38,101 nucleotides of DNA from Hyphomicrobiales bacterium (GCA_040255145.1 JBDZUN010000005.1:1-38101); one strand, 5' to 3'; positions 9,505 through 18,042 are shown, counted from the first letter of the stretch. The notes: generated from the sequence alone by a model not told the origin. Made by a program: numbers and translations.

Positions 9505-10152
9505 ATGAACGCTTCGATGCCACATCCTCATCTCGAACACAAACCGGAAACCGGGGCTGGAACGGCGGGGGTGCGTGACCCTTTCGCGCTGTTCGGGCTC
9601 TGGCTCGAAGAGGCGGCGAAGGCCGAGCCGAACGATCCGACCGCGATGGCGCTGGCGACCGTGGATCCGCATGGGCTGCCGGACGTGCGCATGGTTCTGC
9701 TCAAGGCGTTCGATGCCGACGGCTTCGTTTTCTATACCAACACCGAGAGCGCCAAGGGCCAGGATCTGGCCGCCCATCCCGCCGCCGCCCTGTGCTTCCA
9801 CTGGAAGTCGCTGCGCCGCCAGGTCCGCGTCCGGGGCCCGGTCACGCCCGCCACGGCGGCGGAGGCTGACGCCTATTTCGCCTCGCGCCCGCGCGAAAGC
9901 CGGCTGGGCGCATGGGCCTCGCGCCAGTCGCGGCCGATGTCGGGCCGGGCGGAGCTGATCGGCGCGGTGGCCAAACAGGCGGCGCGGTTCGGCCTCGGCG
10001 ACATTCCGCGCCCCCCGTTCTGGGCCGGCTACCGCATCGTACCGGATCGGTTCGAGTTCTGGCGCGACCGGCCGTTCCGGCTGCACGAGCGGACGGTCTT
10101 TCGCCGCGACGACGCCACGATGGAGTGGCGGACAGAATCGCTGTTCCCCTGA
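9505..10152 (+). CDS. pdxH: pyridoxamine 5'-phosphate oxidase
   Basis: ...[43 protein letters not shown]...[15 protein letters not shown]...ESLFP is typical PdxH; 215 aa (an alternative start lies at 9517). Confidence 0.93.
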   Translation: MNASMPHPHLEHKPETGAGTAGVRDPFALFGLWLEEAAKAEPNDPTAMALATVDPHGLPDVRMVLLKAFDADGFVFYTNTESAKGQDLAAHPAAALCFHWKSLRRQVRVRGPVTPATAAEADAYFASRPRESRLGAWASRQSRPMSGRAELIGAVAKQAARFGLGDIPRPPFWAGYRIVPDRFEFWRDRPFRLHERTVFRRDDATMEWRTESLFP

Positions 10153-10165
10153 TCCGGAGCGGGCT

Positions 10166-11101
10166 GTGAGCGCGGACCTGGGAGCCCGCGGCGCGCCGGC
10201 GGCCTCCGCCGGCGATTGGCGGCTGAAGCGGCGGGCCACCCTGGCCTCAGTCGGCGTCGCGGCCTTTCTGGTTCTGGTCAAACTCCTCGCCTGGCGCGCG
10301 ACCGATTCGGTCGCGATGCTCAGCGCGCTCGCCGATTCGGCGATCGACGTCGTGGCCTCGACCCTCAACATGCTGGCCGTGTGGCAGGCGGCGATCCCGG
10401 CGGACCGCGAGCACCGCTTCGGCCACGGCAAGGCCGAAGCCCTGGCCGGTCTCGGCCAGTCGCTGCTGATCCTGGCGTCCGCCGTGCTGCTGGCGGTCGA
10501 GGCGGTACGGCGGCTGCTCCATCCGGAGCCGGTGGTGAACGGCGCGGTCGGCGTTGGCGTCATGCTGGGCGCGATCGTGCTGTCGGGTGCGCTGGTTGCC
10601 TATCAAAGGCGGGTCGCGCGGGCCACCGGGTCGCTCGCGATCGCGGCCGATTCGATCCACTACAAGACGGACCTGCTGGCCAACCTCGCCGTGCTCGTCG
10701 GCATCGCGCTCGCCACCTGGTCCGGCCTCGGCCGCGCCGACCCGGTGATCGCGCTCGGCGTCGCCGCCTATATCGGCTACAGCGCGTGGCCGGTCCTGCG
10801 CACCGCCTACGATCAGCTCATGGACCGCGAACTGCCAGAAGCGGACCGCCGGCGCATCCGCGCCATCGTGCTCGGCCACCCCGAAATCCACGATATCCAC
10901 GAATTGCGGACGCGCATGTCCGGCAACCAGACCTTCATCCAGTTCCATGTCGAGCTGCATGCCGGCATGGCGCTGGGCCGCGCGCATGCGATCGCGGACC
11001 AGATCGAGCGGCAGGTCCGCGCCGCCTTTCCCGGCGCCGAGATCCTGATCCACGAAGATCCGGTAGGCGAGGCGCGGGCGAACAGCGCGACGACCCGCTA
11101 G
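10166..11101 (+). CDS. cation diffusion facilitator (CDF) family divalent-metal efflux transporter
   Basis: GTG start 7 nt after a GGAG. Six TM segments carry the SALADSAIDV and HYKTDLLAN metal-site motifs. The C-terminal cytoplasmic domain is present (IHDIHELRTRMSGNQTFIQFHVEL). Confidence 0.88.
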   Translation: MSADLGARGAPAASAGDWRLKRRATLASVGVAAFLVLVKLLAWRATDSVAMLSALADSAIDVVASTLNMLAVWQAAIPADREHRFGHGKAEALAGLGQSLLILASAVLLAVEAVRRLLHPEPVVNGAVGVGVMLGAIVLSGALVAYQRRVARATGSLAIAADSIHYKTDLLANLAVLVGIALATWSGLGRADPVIALGVAAYIGYSAWPVLRTAYDQLMDRELPEADRRRIRAIVLGHPEIHDIHELRTRMSGNQTFIQFHVELHAGMALGRAHAIADQIERQVRAAFPGAEILIHEDPVGEARANSATTR

Positions 11102-11225
11102 CCGGACGTGGCTTAAGGCCCGGCGCGCATCTCGCGGCATGTGCGATATGCGTGATGGCGCGGCGCGGTATGATGGGGTCTCGCTGCACGAACCATGGCG
11201 GGGCGCTTGGGGGGAGGGTAAGGCG

Positions 11226-12071
11226 ATGATCCGTTCGATACTCGTGCCGTTGGTCGGCCCGTTGCTGCGGCCGGAGCCGCTTGACGTCGGCTTCGCGCTG
11301 GCGGAGCGGTTCGAGGCCCATCTGGACGCCTTCCATCCCGCGCTCGATCCAGCGGCCAGCGCCGCCTATCTGGGCGAGGGTACGACCGGCGCGCTGATCG
11401 AAACGGTGGTCGAGGCGGCGGAAGAGGAATCGGCCCGCCGGATGCAGGCGGCGCGCGCCTTGTTCGACGAACGGCTGGGCCGCGCCGGGGCCGCCGGCGG
11501 CCGGGCGCAGTTCCTGACCGATCGCGGCCGCGATACCGACCTGGTCGCGGTCCGCGCCCGCGCCAGCGACCTGACCGTGCTGTCGCTGGGCGGCGTGCGG
11601 ACCGACCCGAACACCGCGGCGGTCTGGGAAGCCTTGCTCTACGAATCCGGTCGTCCGGTCCTGCTGGCGCCCGATTCCGGCGGCGCCGAACGCGTGCGCC
11701 GGCCCGGCAGCGTCCTGATCGCCTGGACCGAATCGCCGGAAGCGGCGCGCGCCGTGGCCTATGCCGCGCCGTTCTGGTCGCAGGCGACGCGCCTGGTCGC
11801 GGTGCCGATATCGGGGCACAAGCTCGACGTGCTCGGCGCCTATGCCGCCCGGCACGGCGCGCGGATGGAGGAGCAGGCGCTGCCCCGTATCGAGCGCGGG
11901 GCGCTGGAGGACGGGCGCGGCGAGGCGATCCTCCGGGTTGCCGACGAGATCGGCGCCGACATGATCGTGATGGGCGCCTATACCCATGGCCGGCTGCGCC
12001 GCTTCATCATGGGTGGCGTCACCAAGACGATCGTCGACAACACGGCGATTCCTGTGCTGATGGCGCATTGA
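11226..12071 (+). CDS. tandem-domain universal stress protein (UspA family)
   Basis: ATG 11226 is preceded by GGGGAGGG. The protein begins MIRSILVPLVG and ends with the Usp ATP-binding-type motif MIVMGAYTHGRLRRFIMGGVTKTIV. The size fits two Usp domains. Confidence 0.8.
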   Translation: MIRSILVPLVGPLLRPEPLDVGFALAERFEAHLDAFHPALDPAASAAYLGEGTTGALIETVVEAAEEESARRMQAARALFDERLGRAGAAGGRAQFLTDRGRDTDLVAVRARASDLTVLSLGGVRTDPNTAAVWEALLYESGRPVLLAPDSGGAERVRRPGSVLIAWTESPEAARAVAYAAPFWSQATRLVAVPISGHKLDVLGAYAARHGARMEEQALPRIERGALEDGRGEAILRVADEIGADMIVMGAYTHGRLRRFIMGGVTKTIVDNTAIPVLMAH

Positions 12072-12129
12072 GGATGGCGGGCCGCAAGGGCCGCTGGCGC
12101 GCCGCTTGGCGCTACCCTAGTCTCTAGGC

Positions 12130-12897
12130 ATGTCGATGCCGCGCGATACCAGCCGTAACGAGGACGGAACACGCAAGACTCTGGTGCTGACCGGCGCCAG
12201 CCGCGGCATCGGCCACGCCACGGTCAAGCGGTTCTCCAGTGCCGGCTGGCGGGTGATCTCGTGCTCGCGCCATCCGTTTCCGGAGGATTGCCCGTGGGAG
12301 GCGGGGCCCGAAGACCACATCCAGGTCGACCTCGGCGATCCCGCCGACCTCGAACGCGCGATCGTGGAGATGCGCGAGCGGCTCGGCGACGGCCTGCTGC
12401 ACGCCCTGGTCAACAATGCCGGCATCTCGCCCAAGGGCGCCGAGGGCGCGCGGCTCGGCACGATGGAGACCGATTTCGACCTGTGGCGCCATGTCTTCCG
12501 GGTCAATTTCTTCGCGCCGATCCTGCTGGCGCGCGGCCTGGTGGAGGAACTGCGGCGCGCCCACGGCGCGATCGTCAACGTCACCTCGATCGCCGGCAGC
12601 CGGGTCCATCCCTTCGCCGGCGCCGCCTATGCCACGTCGAAGGCGGCGCTGGCCGAGCTGACGCGCGAGATGGCGGCGGATTTCGGACCGCTCGGCGTCC
12701 GGGTCAATGCGATCTCGCCGGGCGAGATCGATACCGCGATCCTGTCGCCCGGCACCGAGAACCTGGTCGCCCAGATTCCGCTGCGCCGCCTCGGCGCGCC
12801 GGAGGAGGTGGCCAAGGCAATCTATTTCCTGTGTACCGAGCAGTCGAGCTACGTTTCCGGCTCGGAACTGCACATCAATGGCGGCCAGCACGTCTGA
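12130..12897 (+). CDS. short-chain dehydrogenase/reductase (SDR) family oxidoreductase
   Basis: TGASRGIG cofactor motif, NNAG, and the catalytic YATSKAAL (YxxxK). The start is uncertain: there is no clear SD, and a CCTAG-TCT-CTAGG inverted repeat sits just upstream. Confidence 0.88.
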   Translation: MSMPRDTSRNEDGTRKTLVLTGASRGIGHATVKRFSSAGWRVISCSRHPFPEDCPWEAGPEDHIQVDLGDPADLERAIVEMRERLGDGLLHALVNNAGISPKGAEGARLGTMETDFDLWRHVFRVNFFAPILLARGLVEELRRAHGAIVNVTSIAGSRVHPFAGAAYATSKAALAELTREMAADFGPLGVRVNAISPGEIDTAILSPGTENLVAQIPLRRLGAPEEVAKAIYFLCTEQSSYVSGSELHINGGQHV

Positions 12898-12930
12898 AGG
12901 CGAGGGGCCGGCACAAAAACGGGGGGAAGC

Positions 12931-13791
12931 ATGGATATCGGCGTGTTCCAGATCGCGCCCAACGAATCCGCCGACGCGGCCGCGGTCGCGCGCCACGCGG
13001 AGGAGCTGGGCTTCGAATCCTACTGGACGGCGGAGCATACGATTCTGCCGGTCGAGTACAGCGTGCGTTATCCCGGCCAGCGCGAGGGCGACCCGGTCCC
13101 TGACTATCTGTGGCAGATGCCGGACCCGCTGATCAGCCTGGCGCGGGCGGGCGGCGCCACCAGCCGCATCAAGCTCGGTACTGGCATCTGCCTGGTGCCG
13201 GAGCGCAACGCCATCCTGCTGGCCAAGCAGATCGCAAGCCTGGACAACGCCACGGGCGGCCGCTTCCTGTTCGGCGTCGGCGCCGGCTGGAACCCCGAGG
13301 AATGCACGATCCTGGGCGGCGACTTTCCGCACCGCTGGACCCAGGTCAAGGACCACGTCGCCGCCATGAAGGTGCTGTGGCAGGACGATGTCTCGGAATA
13401 TCACGGCAAGTATGTCGACTTCCCGCCGGTGCGCTGCTTTCCCAAGCCGGCCCGGAAGCCGCATCCGCCGGTGCTGATCGGCGGCATCAACACGACCTTC
13501 GCGTATAAGCGCGTTGCGCAATGGGGCGACGGCTGGCTGCCGGTGCTGCGCACTGTCGAGCAATTTGCCGAGGGCGTGCGCGAGATTTCCGAAATGGCCA
13601 AGCAGGTCGGGCGCGATCCGGCTAAGCTCGACTTCACCGTATTCGGTGGCAACGGCCAGTGGCGCAGCAAGGCCGAGCTCGATGCGCTGGGCAAGGCCGG
13701 CGCAAACCGGGTCGTGATCTGGCTGAACGAGGACAAGGGCGACGCCATCCTCCGCGAATTGGACCAGGTCGCCGGGCTCGTGCTGCGCTGA
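12931..13791 (+). CDS. luciferase-like monooxygenase (LLM) family oxidoreductase, short 'F420-dependent-type' class
   Basis: MDIGVFQIAP...ELGFESYWTAEHTILP...GTGICLVPERN...FPKPARKPHPPVLIGG. It is paralogous to the 36486-37358 product. The cofactor assignment is by recall of the TIGR03619-like class only. Confidence 0.8.
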   Translation: MDIGVFQIAPNESADAAAVARHAEELGFESYWTAEHTILPVEYSVRYPGQREGDPVPDYLWQMPDPLISLARAGGATSRIKLGTGICLVPERNAILLAKQIASLDNATGGRFLFGVGAGWNPEECTILGGDFPHRWTQVKDHVAAMKVLWQDDVSEYHGKYVDFPPVRCFPKPARKPHPPVLIGGINTTFAYKRVAQWGDGWLPVLRTVEQFAEGVREISEMAKQVGRDPAKLDFTVFGGNGQWRSKAELDALGKAGANRVVIWLNEDKGDAILRELDQVAGLVLR

Positions 13792-13816
13792 GGCGCCTGC
13801 CGGCGGCCGCGCCTCG

Positions 13817-13838
13817 GCCGGCGGACAAGGCCGCCGGC
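13817..13838 (+). terminator. GC-only hairpin (GCCGGCGG-acaagg-CCGCCGGC) between the LLM and kinase genes; a possible attenuator or terminator, with no U-tract
   Basis: Perfect 8-bp stem read directly from the sequence, followed by GGGTGCTTGATG. Confidence 0.25.
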
Positions 13839-13935
13839 GGGTGCTTGATGTCGGGCGGGTGGGGCCTTAGCCTGCGCGCGCCGCAAGGCCACCAATTCCA
13901 CCGACGATCCCGCCAACGGATTCGAAACGCCAGGT

Positions 13936-15024
13936 ATGACGGAGAAGGACAAAGGCGCGGCGCGCGTCGCCACCCTTGAAGAGATCGAAACCCAGCTCGC
14001 CGCCTTCGTCGCCGTGCATTACGGTGCCGATGCGGAGGCGCGCGAGGTTGGCCCGATGCCGGGTCATGCCGGCCTGACCTTCGGCTTCGAGGTGTGGCAC
14101 GGCGGCCGGCGGCGCGATTCGCTTGTCCTGCGCATCCCGCCGAAGAACGTCCGCCGCGCCGGCAACACCGACGTCTATCGCCAGGCGCCGCTTCTGCGCG
14201 CGCTCAAGACGCAGGGGCTGCCGGTGCCGGGCGTGCCCTGGGCCGAGGTGGGCGACGACACCGAATTCGGCGTGCCCTACATCATGATGGAGCGGCTCGC
14301 GGGCGAGACCTGCTTCCTGTGGGATCCACAACCGGTCTGGCCGCGCACGGACGATACCATCCCGAACCTGTGGCGGCAGGGCGCACGCGCCCTGGCCCAG
14401 ATCCATGAATTCGACTGGCGCAGGCACCTGCCGGATTGGGAAACGCCGCGACCCGCGACGGAGGAGATCGCGCGCTGGACGCCGATCTTCGCTCAGTCGC
14501 CCGAGCCGGAATGGATCGCGATCGCCGAGGAGGTGCGCGGCCTGCTGCTCGAAACCATGCCGGCCGACATCCCGGTCGGGCTGATGCACGGCGACTATCA
14601 GATCGGCAACATCCTGTTCCAGGACGGCCAGGTCGCCGGCGTCATCGACTGGGAGCTGTCCGGGATCGGCGCGCACCTGCTCGATCTCGGCTGGTACATG
14701 ACCTTCGCTGATCCCGAGAGCTGGAGCACCAAATGGGGCCCGGTCAACCCGGCGCCGATCGCCGAATTGCAGGCGGCTTATGAGGAGGTGCGGGGCCGGC
14801 CGCAGCCCGACGTCGAATGGTATCGGGCCTTCGCCGGCTTCCGCTTCGGCTCGATCACCTGCCTGAACGTCAAGCTGCACCGGAAGGGCTATCGCCACGA
14901 CCCGGTGTGGGAGGATATCGGCCTCTCCGCCATGTCCTTGTTCGGCCGCGCCCGCGAGCTTTTGCGGGAACGCCGCGCGGCGGGAAGGAATAGGAACCGG
15001 GCGACGAGAGGAAGCGTGCCATGA
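13936..15024 (+). CDS. APH-fold phosphotransferase family protein (ACAD10/11 N-terminal kinase-like / LvaA-like)
   Basis: Protein-kinase-like fold motifs: LVLRIPPK (Lys), MERLAGE, catalytic LMHGDYQIGNILF and VIDWELSGIG. This family is commonly adjacent to FadE2/ACAD10-type dehydrogenases. Confidence 0.85.
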   Translation: MTEKDKGAARVATLEEIETQLAAFVAVHYGADAEAREVGPMPGHAGLTFGFEVWHGGRRRDSLVLRIPPKNVRRAGNTDVYRQAPLLRALKTQGLPVPGVPWAEVGDDTEFGVPYIMMERLAGETCFLWDPQPVWPRTDDTIPNLWRQGARALAQIHEFDWRRHLPDWETPRPATEEIARWTPIFAQSPEPEWIAIAEEVRGLLLETMPADIPVGLMHGDYQIGNILFQDGQVAGVIDWELSGIGAHLLDLGWYMTFADPESWSTKWGPVNPAPIAELQAAYEEVRGRPQPDVEWYRAFAGFRFGSITCLNVKLHRKGYRHDPVWEDIGLSAMSLFGRARELLRERRAAGRNRNRATRGSVP

Positions 15025-16043
15025 AGATCGCGTTCGTGCCTGACACCCATTTCGGCGCCTACGACCAGCCGACATTGCCGTCCGGCCCCGAGGTCGCGGA
15101 CGCGATGGAACACTGCATCCGCGAGGCGGAGATCGCGGAGCGCGTCGGCTTCGACGGCCTCTGGGTGCCGGAGCGCCATCAGCGGCCGGAGACATGGTGG
15201 CCGAACACCGTGACCCAGCTTACGGCCCTGGCGGCGCGGACCTCGCGGGTGCAGATCGCCTGCACCGTCATGCAGCCGACCTATCACCACCCGGTGCATC
15301 TGGCGGAGCAGCTTGCCAACATCGACTGTCTGTCGCGCGGGCGCCTGACCTTCGGCGCCGGGGTCGGCTACCACGCCGACTATTTCCGTCACTTCGGCGT
15401 GCCCTTCGACAAGCGCGGCAAGCGCTTCGAGGAAACGATGGAGGTCATCGACGCCTGCTGGACGCAGGAGAGCATGACCTATCGCGGCGAATTCTTCCAA
15501 TACGACGACGTCCGCATGTCGCCGAAGCCGTACCAGAAGCCGCGGCCGCCGGTCTGGATCGGGGCGCTGTCCGACAAGGCGCGGGACCGTGCGCTGCGCT
15601 GGGACGGCTGGATCACCTGGTTCCCGCCTTCGCTCCGGGAGTTGAGACCGCAGGTCGAGGCGATGCGCGAACGCGCCGACAAGCTCGGCAAGAAGGACTG
15701 GCAGTTCGCGATGGGCTTCGAAGGCTGGCTCGGCGACGAGCCGGACATCCGCGAGAAGCACGGCCACCGCTGGGTGCGTGAGTGGAGCTTCTATGCCGAG
15801 AAGGGCCTGTCGCACGAGATGCAGGCCGGCGACATGCTGGACACCATCGAGGACATGTTCCTGTGCCTCGGCAACAAGCAGAAATGGCAGGACCGCCTGG
15901 GCGCGATCAAGGAGCAGGTCAATCCCGACTGGATCGGCATCCGCACGCGCAACCCGGTCAATCCGGGCAAGTACTATCCGTCCCGCCAGGAATCGTTGGA
16001 AGTGGTCGAACGCTTCGGCGAAATCCTGGACGGGGTGCGCTAG
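15021..16043 (+). CDS. LLM-class flavin-dependent oxidoreductase
   Basis: MKIAFVPDTHFG...GFDGLWVPERHQ...SRGRLTFGAGVGY...PKPYQKPRPPVWIGA. The ATG overlaps the kinase stop (ATGA at 15021-15024). Confidence 0.85.
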   Translation: MKIAFVPDTHFGAYDQPTLPSGPEVADAMEHCIREAEIAERVGFDGLWVPERHQRPETWWPNTVTQLTALAARTSRVQIACTVMQPTYHHPVHLAEQLANIDCLSRGRLTFGAGVGYHADYFRHFGVPFDKRGKRFEETMEVIDACWTQESMTYRGEFFQYDDVRMSPKPYQKPRPPVWIGALSDKARDRALRWDGWITWFPPSLRELRPQVEAMRERADKLGKKDWQFAMGFEGWLGDEPDIREKHGHRWVREWSFYAEKGLSHEMQAGDMLDTIEDMFLCLGNKQKWQDRLGAIKEQVNPDWIGIRTRNPVNPGKYYPSRQESLEVVERFGEILDGVR

Positions 16044-16088
16044 GTTTGGAGCGTAATGTGTTTAGCCTGGATTGCCTTACACTCAGAT

Positions 16089-16205
16089 GTCATCCCCGCG
16101 GAAGCGGGGGTCCAGTAGACTTCGGCTGAGGGAAGTACTCGCAGCTTTCGTCGTTTACTGGATCCCGGCTCGCGTGCCCTGCAGCCGCTTGGCCGGGAGG
16201 ACAAT
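16089..16205. repeat. composite palindromic intergenic repeat, copy A (REP/MITE-like)
   Basis: GTCATCCCCGCGGAAGCGGGGGTCCAGTAGAC hairpin module (16089-16120). GTTTACTGGA (16153-16162) is inverted relative to TCCAGTAGAC. Then GGATCCCGGCTCGC-N-GCCGCTTGGCCGGGAGGACAA. The same modules recur near 29047 and 37373. Confidence 0.75.
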
Positions 16206-16306
16206 AGAATGTGAGATCACACTTGATCGCATCCCGCGTTAGGTGTGGTGGCAGTGCTGAATTTGGGAATTTTTTCCGTGATCTTCCTTACCGTGAAAGA
16301 CAGCTC

Positions 16307-17488
16307 ATGATCGACTTCTCGCTGCCGCCCGAGATCGAGGCCCTGCGCCAGCGCACGCAGGATTTCATCCGCGACGTGGTCATCCCGCGCGAGAAGGATC
16401 CGCGCCAGGACCGTCACGGTCCCAGCGACGAATTCCGCAAGGAATTGGTGGCCGAGGCGCACAAGGTCGGCCTGGTGACGCCGCAGGCGAAGAAGGAATG
16501 GGGCGGCCTCGGCCTCGACCATCGCGGCACGGCGGTCGTGTTCGAGGAGGCGGGCTATTCGCCGGTCGGCCCGCTCGCGCTCAACATCCAGGCGCCGGAC
16601 GAGGGCAACACCAACCTGCTGGAGCAGGTCGCGACGTCGGAGCAGAAGGAACGCTATCTGCGCCCGCTGGTTACGGGCGAGGTCCGCTCCGTCTTCTGCA
16701 TGACCGAGCCGGACGGCGGCGCCGGCTCCGACCCCAGCCTGATGAAGACGACGGCGCGGCCGAACGGCAAGGGCGGTTATGTCATCAACGGCCGTAAATG
16801 GCTGATCACCGGCTTTCCGGGCGCCGGCTTCCAGATCGTCATGGCGCGGACGGAAGACGCGCACGGCCACGACCTCGGTGCCAGCATGTTCCTGTTCGAG
16901 ACCGACCGGAAGGGCGTGAAGAATGCCGGCGTGCTGAACACCATGGACAACAATTCGCCGGGCGGCCACGCCATCGTCGATTTCGAGGATGTCGAGGTCG
17001 GCGAGGACGAAGTGCTGGGCGAGATCGGCCGCGGCTTCCGCTACGCCCAGGTGCGGCTCGGCCCGGCGCGCATGACCCATTGCATGCGCTGGCTGGGCGC
17101 GGCGCGGCGCTGTCACGACATCGCGGTCGCCTATTCGCGCGAGCGCCAGGCGTTCGGCAAAAGGCTGGGCGAGCACGAGGGCGTCGGCTTCATGCTGGCC
17201 GACAACGAGATGGACCTGCACAGCAGCCGGCTGTCGATCTGGCACGCCTGCTGGCTGCTCGACCAGGGCGACCAGGCGCGGCGCGAGACCAGCCAGTCCA
17301 AGGTGTTCTGCTCCGAGGCGCTGGGCCGCGTGGTCGACCGCTCCCTACAGATACTCGGCGGCAAGGGCGTCACCGACCAGACGGTGGTGGAGCGTATCTA
17401 TCGCGACATCCGCGCCTTTCGCATCTATGACGGCCCGTCGGAAGTGCACCGCTGGGCGCTGGCCCGCACCATTGTCGGCCGGAACTAG
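16307..17488 (+). CDS. acyl-CoA dehydrogenase family protein of the ACAD10/ACAD11/FadE2/LvaC-like type
   Basis: Start at ATG 16307 (MIDFSLPPEIEALRQRT...). ACAD fold motifs are present (CMTEPDGGAGSDP; GRGFRYAQVRLGPARMTHCMRWLG). The C-terminal motif reads RIYDGPSEVH where canonical ACADs have YEGT(S/N)EIQ. Confidence 0.85.
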   Translation: MIDFSLPPEIEALRQRTQDFIRDVVIPREKDPRQDRHGPSDEFRKELVAEAHKVGLVTPQAKKEWGGLGLDHRGTAVVFEEAGYSPVGPLALNIQAPDEGNTNLLEQVATSEQKERYLRPLVTGEVRSVFCMTEPDGGAGSDPSLMKTTARPNGKGGYVINGRKWLITGFPGAGFQIVMARTEDAHGHDLGASMFLFETDRKGVKNAGVLNTMDNNSPGGHAIVDFEDVEVGEDEVLGEIGRGFRYAQVRLGPARMTHCMRWLGAARRCHDIAVAYSRERQAFGKRLGEHEGVGFMLADNEMDLHSSRLSIWHACWLLDQGDQARRETSQSKVFCSEALGRVVDRSLQILGGKGVTDQTVVERIYRDIRAFRIYDGPSEVHRWALARTIVGRN

Positions 17489-17513
17489 GATTCCGCGCCG
17501 CGCAAAGCCGCTT

Positions 17514-17553
17514 CGCGCCCGTTCCTGGCTCGAACGTACCGGGAAGAGGCGCG
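17514..17553. terminator. imperfect hairpin between the convergent ACAD gene and the small secreted-protein gene; a possible bidirectional terminator
   Basis: CGCGCCCGTTCCTGG - 10-nt loop - CCGGGAAGAGGCGCG. It pairs with a 2-nt internal mismatch and has no U-tract. Confidence 0.3.
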
Positions 17554-17556
17554 GGG

Positions 17557-18042
17557 CTACCTCAGGTCGACCGTGCGCACGGGCCGATGCTTGGCCCAGA
17601 ACGCGAGCCTTGCCCGCGCCTTCGGGTCATGGGCGTCGAGCGCCTTAACGAGCTGGTCGTCCGTCACCCCGAGGTGCTTCTGATAGGAGCGCAACTCGAA
17701 GTAGTACAGCGCGGCGTATTTTCCGTCGACCTTATCCGAGATGCGCCAACAGCCGAATTCCAGCCCCAGCATGAAATAGTGCGTATGCGGGTTGTCGGCT
17801 TGCCCGCGAATGGACATCCCCAGACATTCGTCGAAAGAGTTCGGATTGCCGGCGGTTTTTTTGCCGTCGCAGAATTTCGCCACCGTATAGCCGCGTGTTA
17901 TCTCCGACTGGAGCGCCGGCGCCAGTTCGGTTTTCGCACTGGATTTCGCCGAGGCCGCCCCTGTGATCATCGAGAGGAGAAGGCAGAGCGCGAACGACGA
18001 CGGGGCGCTGCCCCGTCCTGGCTGTGGCGATGGAAACGACAC
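17557..18042 (-). CDS. hypothetical small secreted protein (about 161 aa with a GTG start; 137 aa if ATG 17970 is used)
   Basis: This is the only sensible part of the 923-aa track ORF. GC3-rich codons and natural amino-acid composition (...EITRGYTVAKFCDGKKTAGNPNSFDECLGMSIRGQADNPHTHYFMLGLEFGCWRISDKVDGKYAALYYFELRSYQKHLG...). The GTG at 18042 yields a signal peptide ...SSFALCLLLSMITGAASA|KS. I recognise no family. Confidence 0.6.
   Translation of the reverse strand: MSFPSPQPGRGSAPSSFALCLLLSMITGAASAKSSAKTELAPALQSEITRGYTVAKFCDGKKTAGNPNSFDECLGMSIRGQADNPHTHYFMLGLEFGCWRISDKVDGKYAALYYFELRSYQKHLGVTDDQLVKALDAHDPKARARLAFWAKHRPVRTVDLR

Noticed and set aside
8875-10563. 562-aa ORF on the minus strand
   Set aside because: Upstream of codon MRLVK (9366) it is antisense to pdxH and the CDF transporter gene and has junk composition. 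Only the C-terminal 163-aa lipoprotein is credible.
12113-12127. CCTAG-TCT-CTAGG inverted repeat immediately upstream of the SDR start, considered as an operator or RBS-sequestering hairpin
   Set aside because: It is only a 5-bp stem with a 3-nt loop and has no second copy or partner regulator nearby. That is too weak to call, so it is noted only in the SDR evidence.
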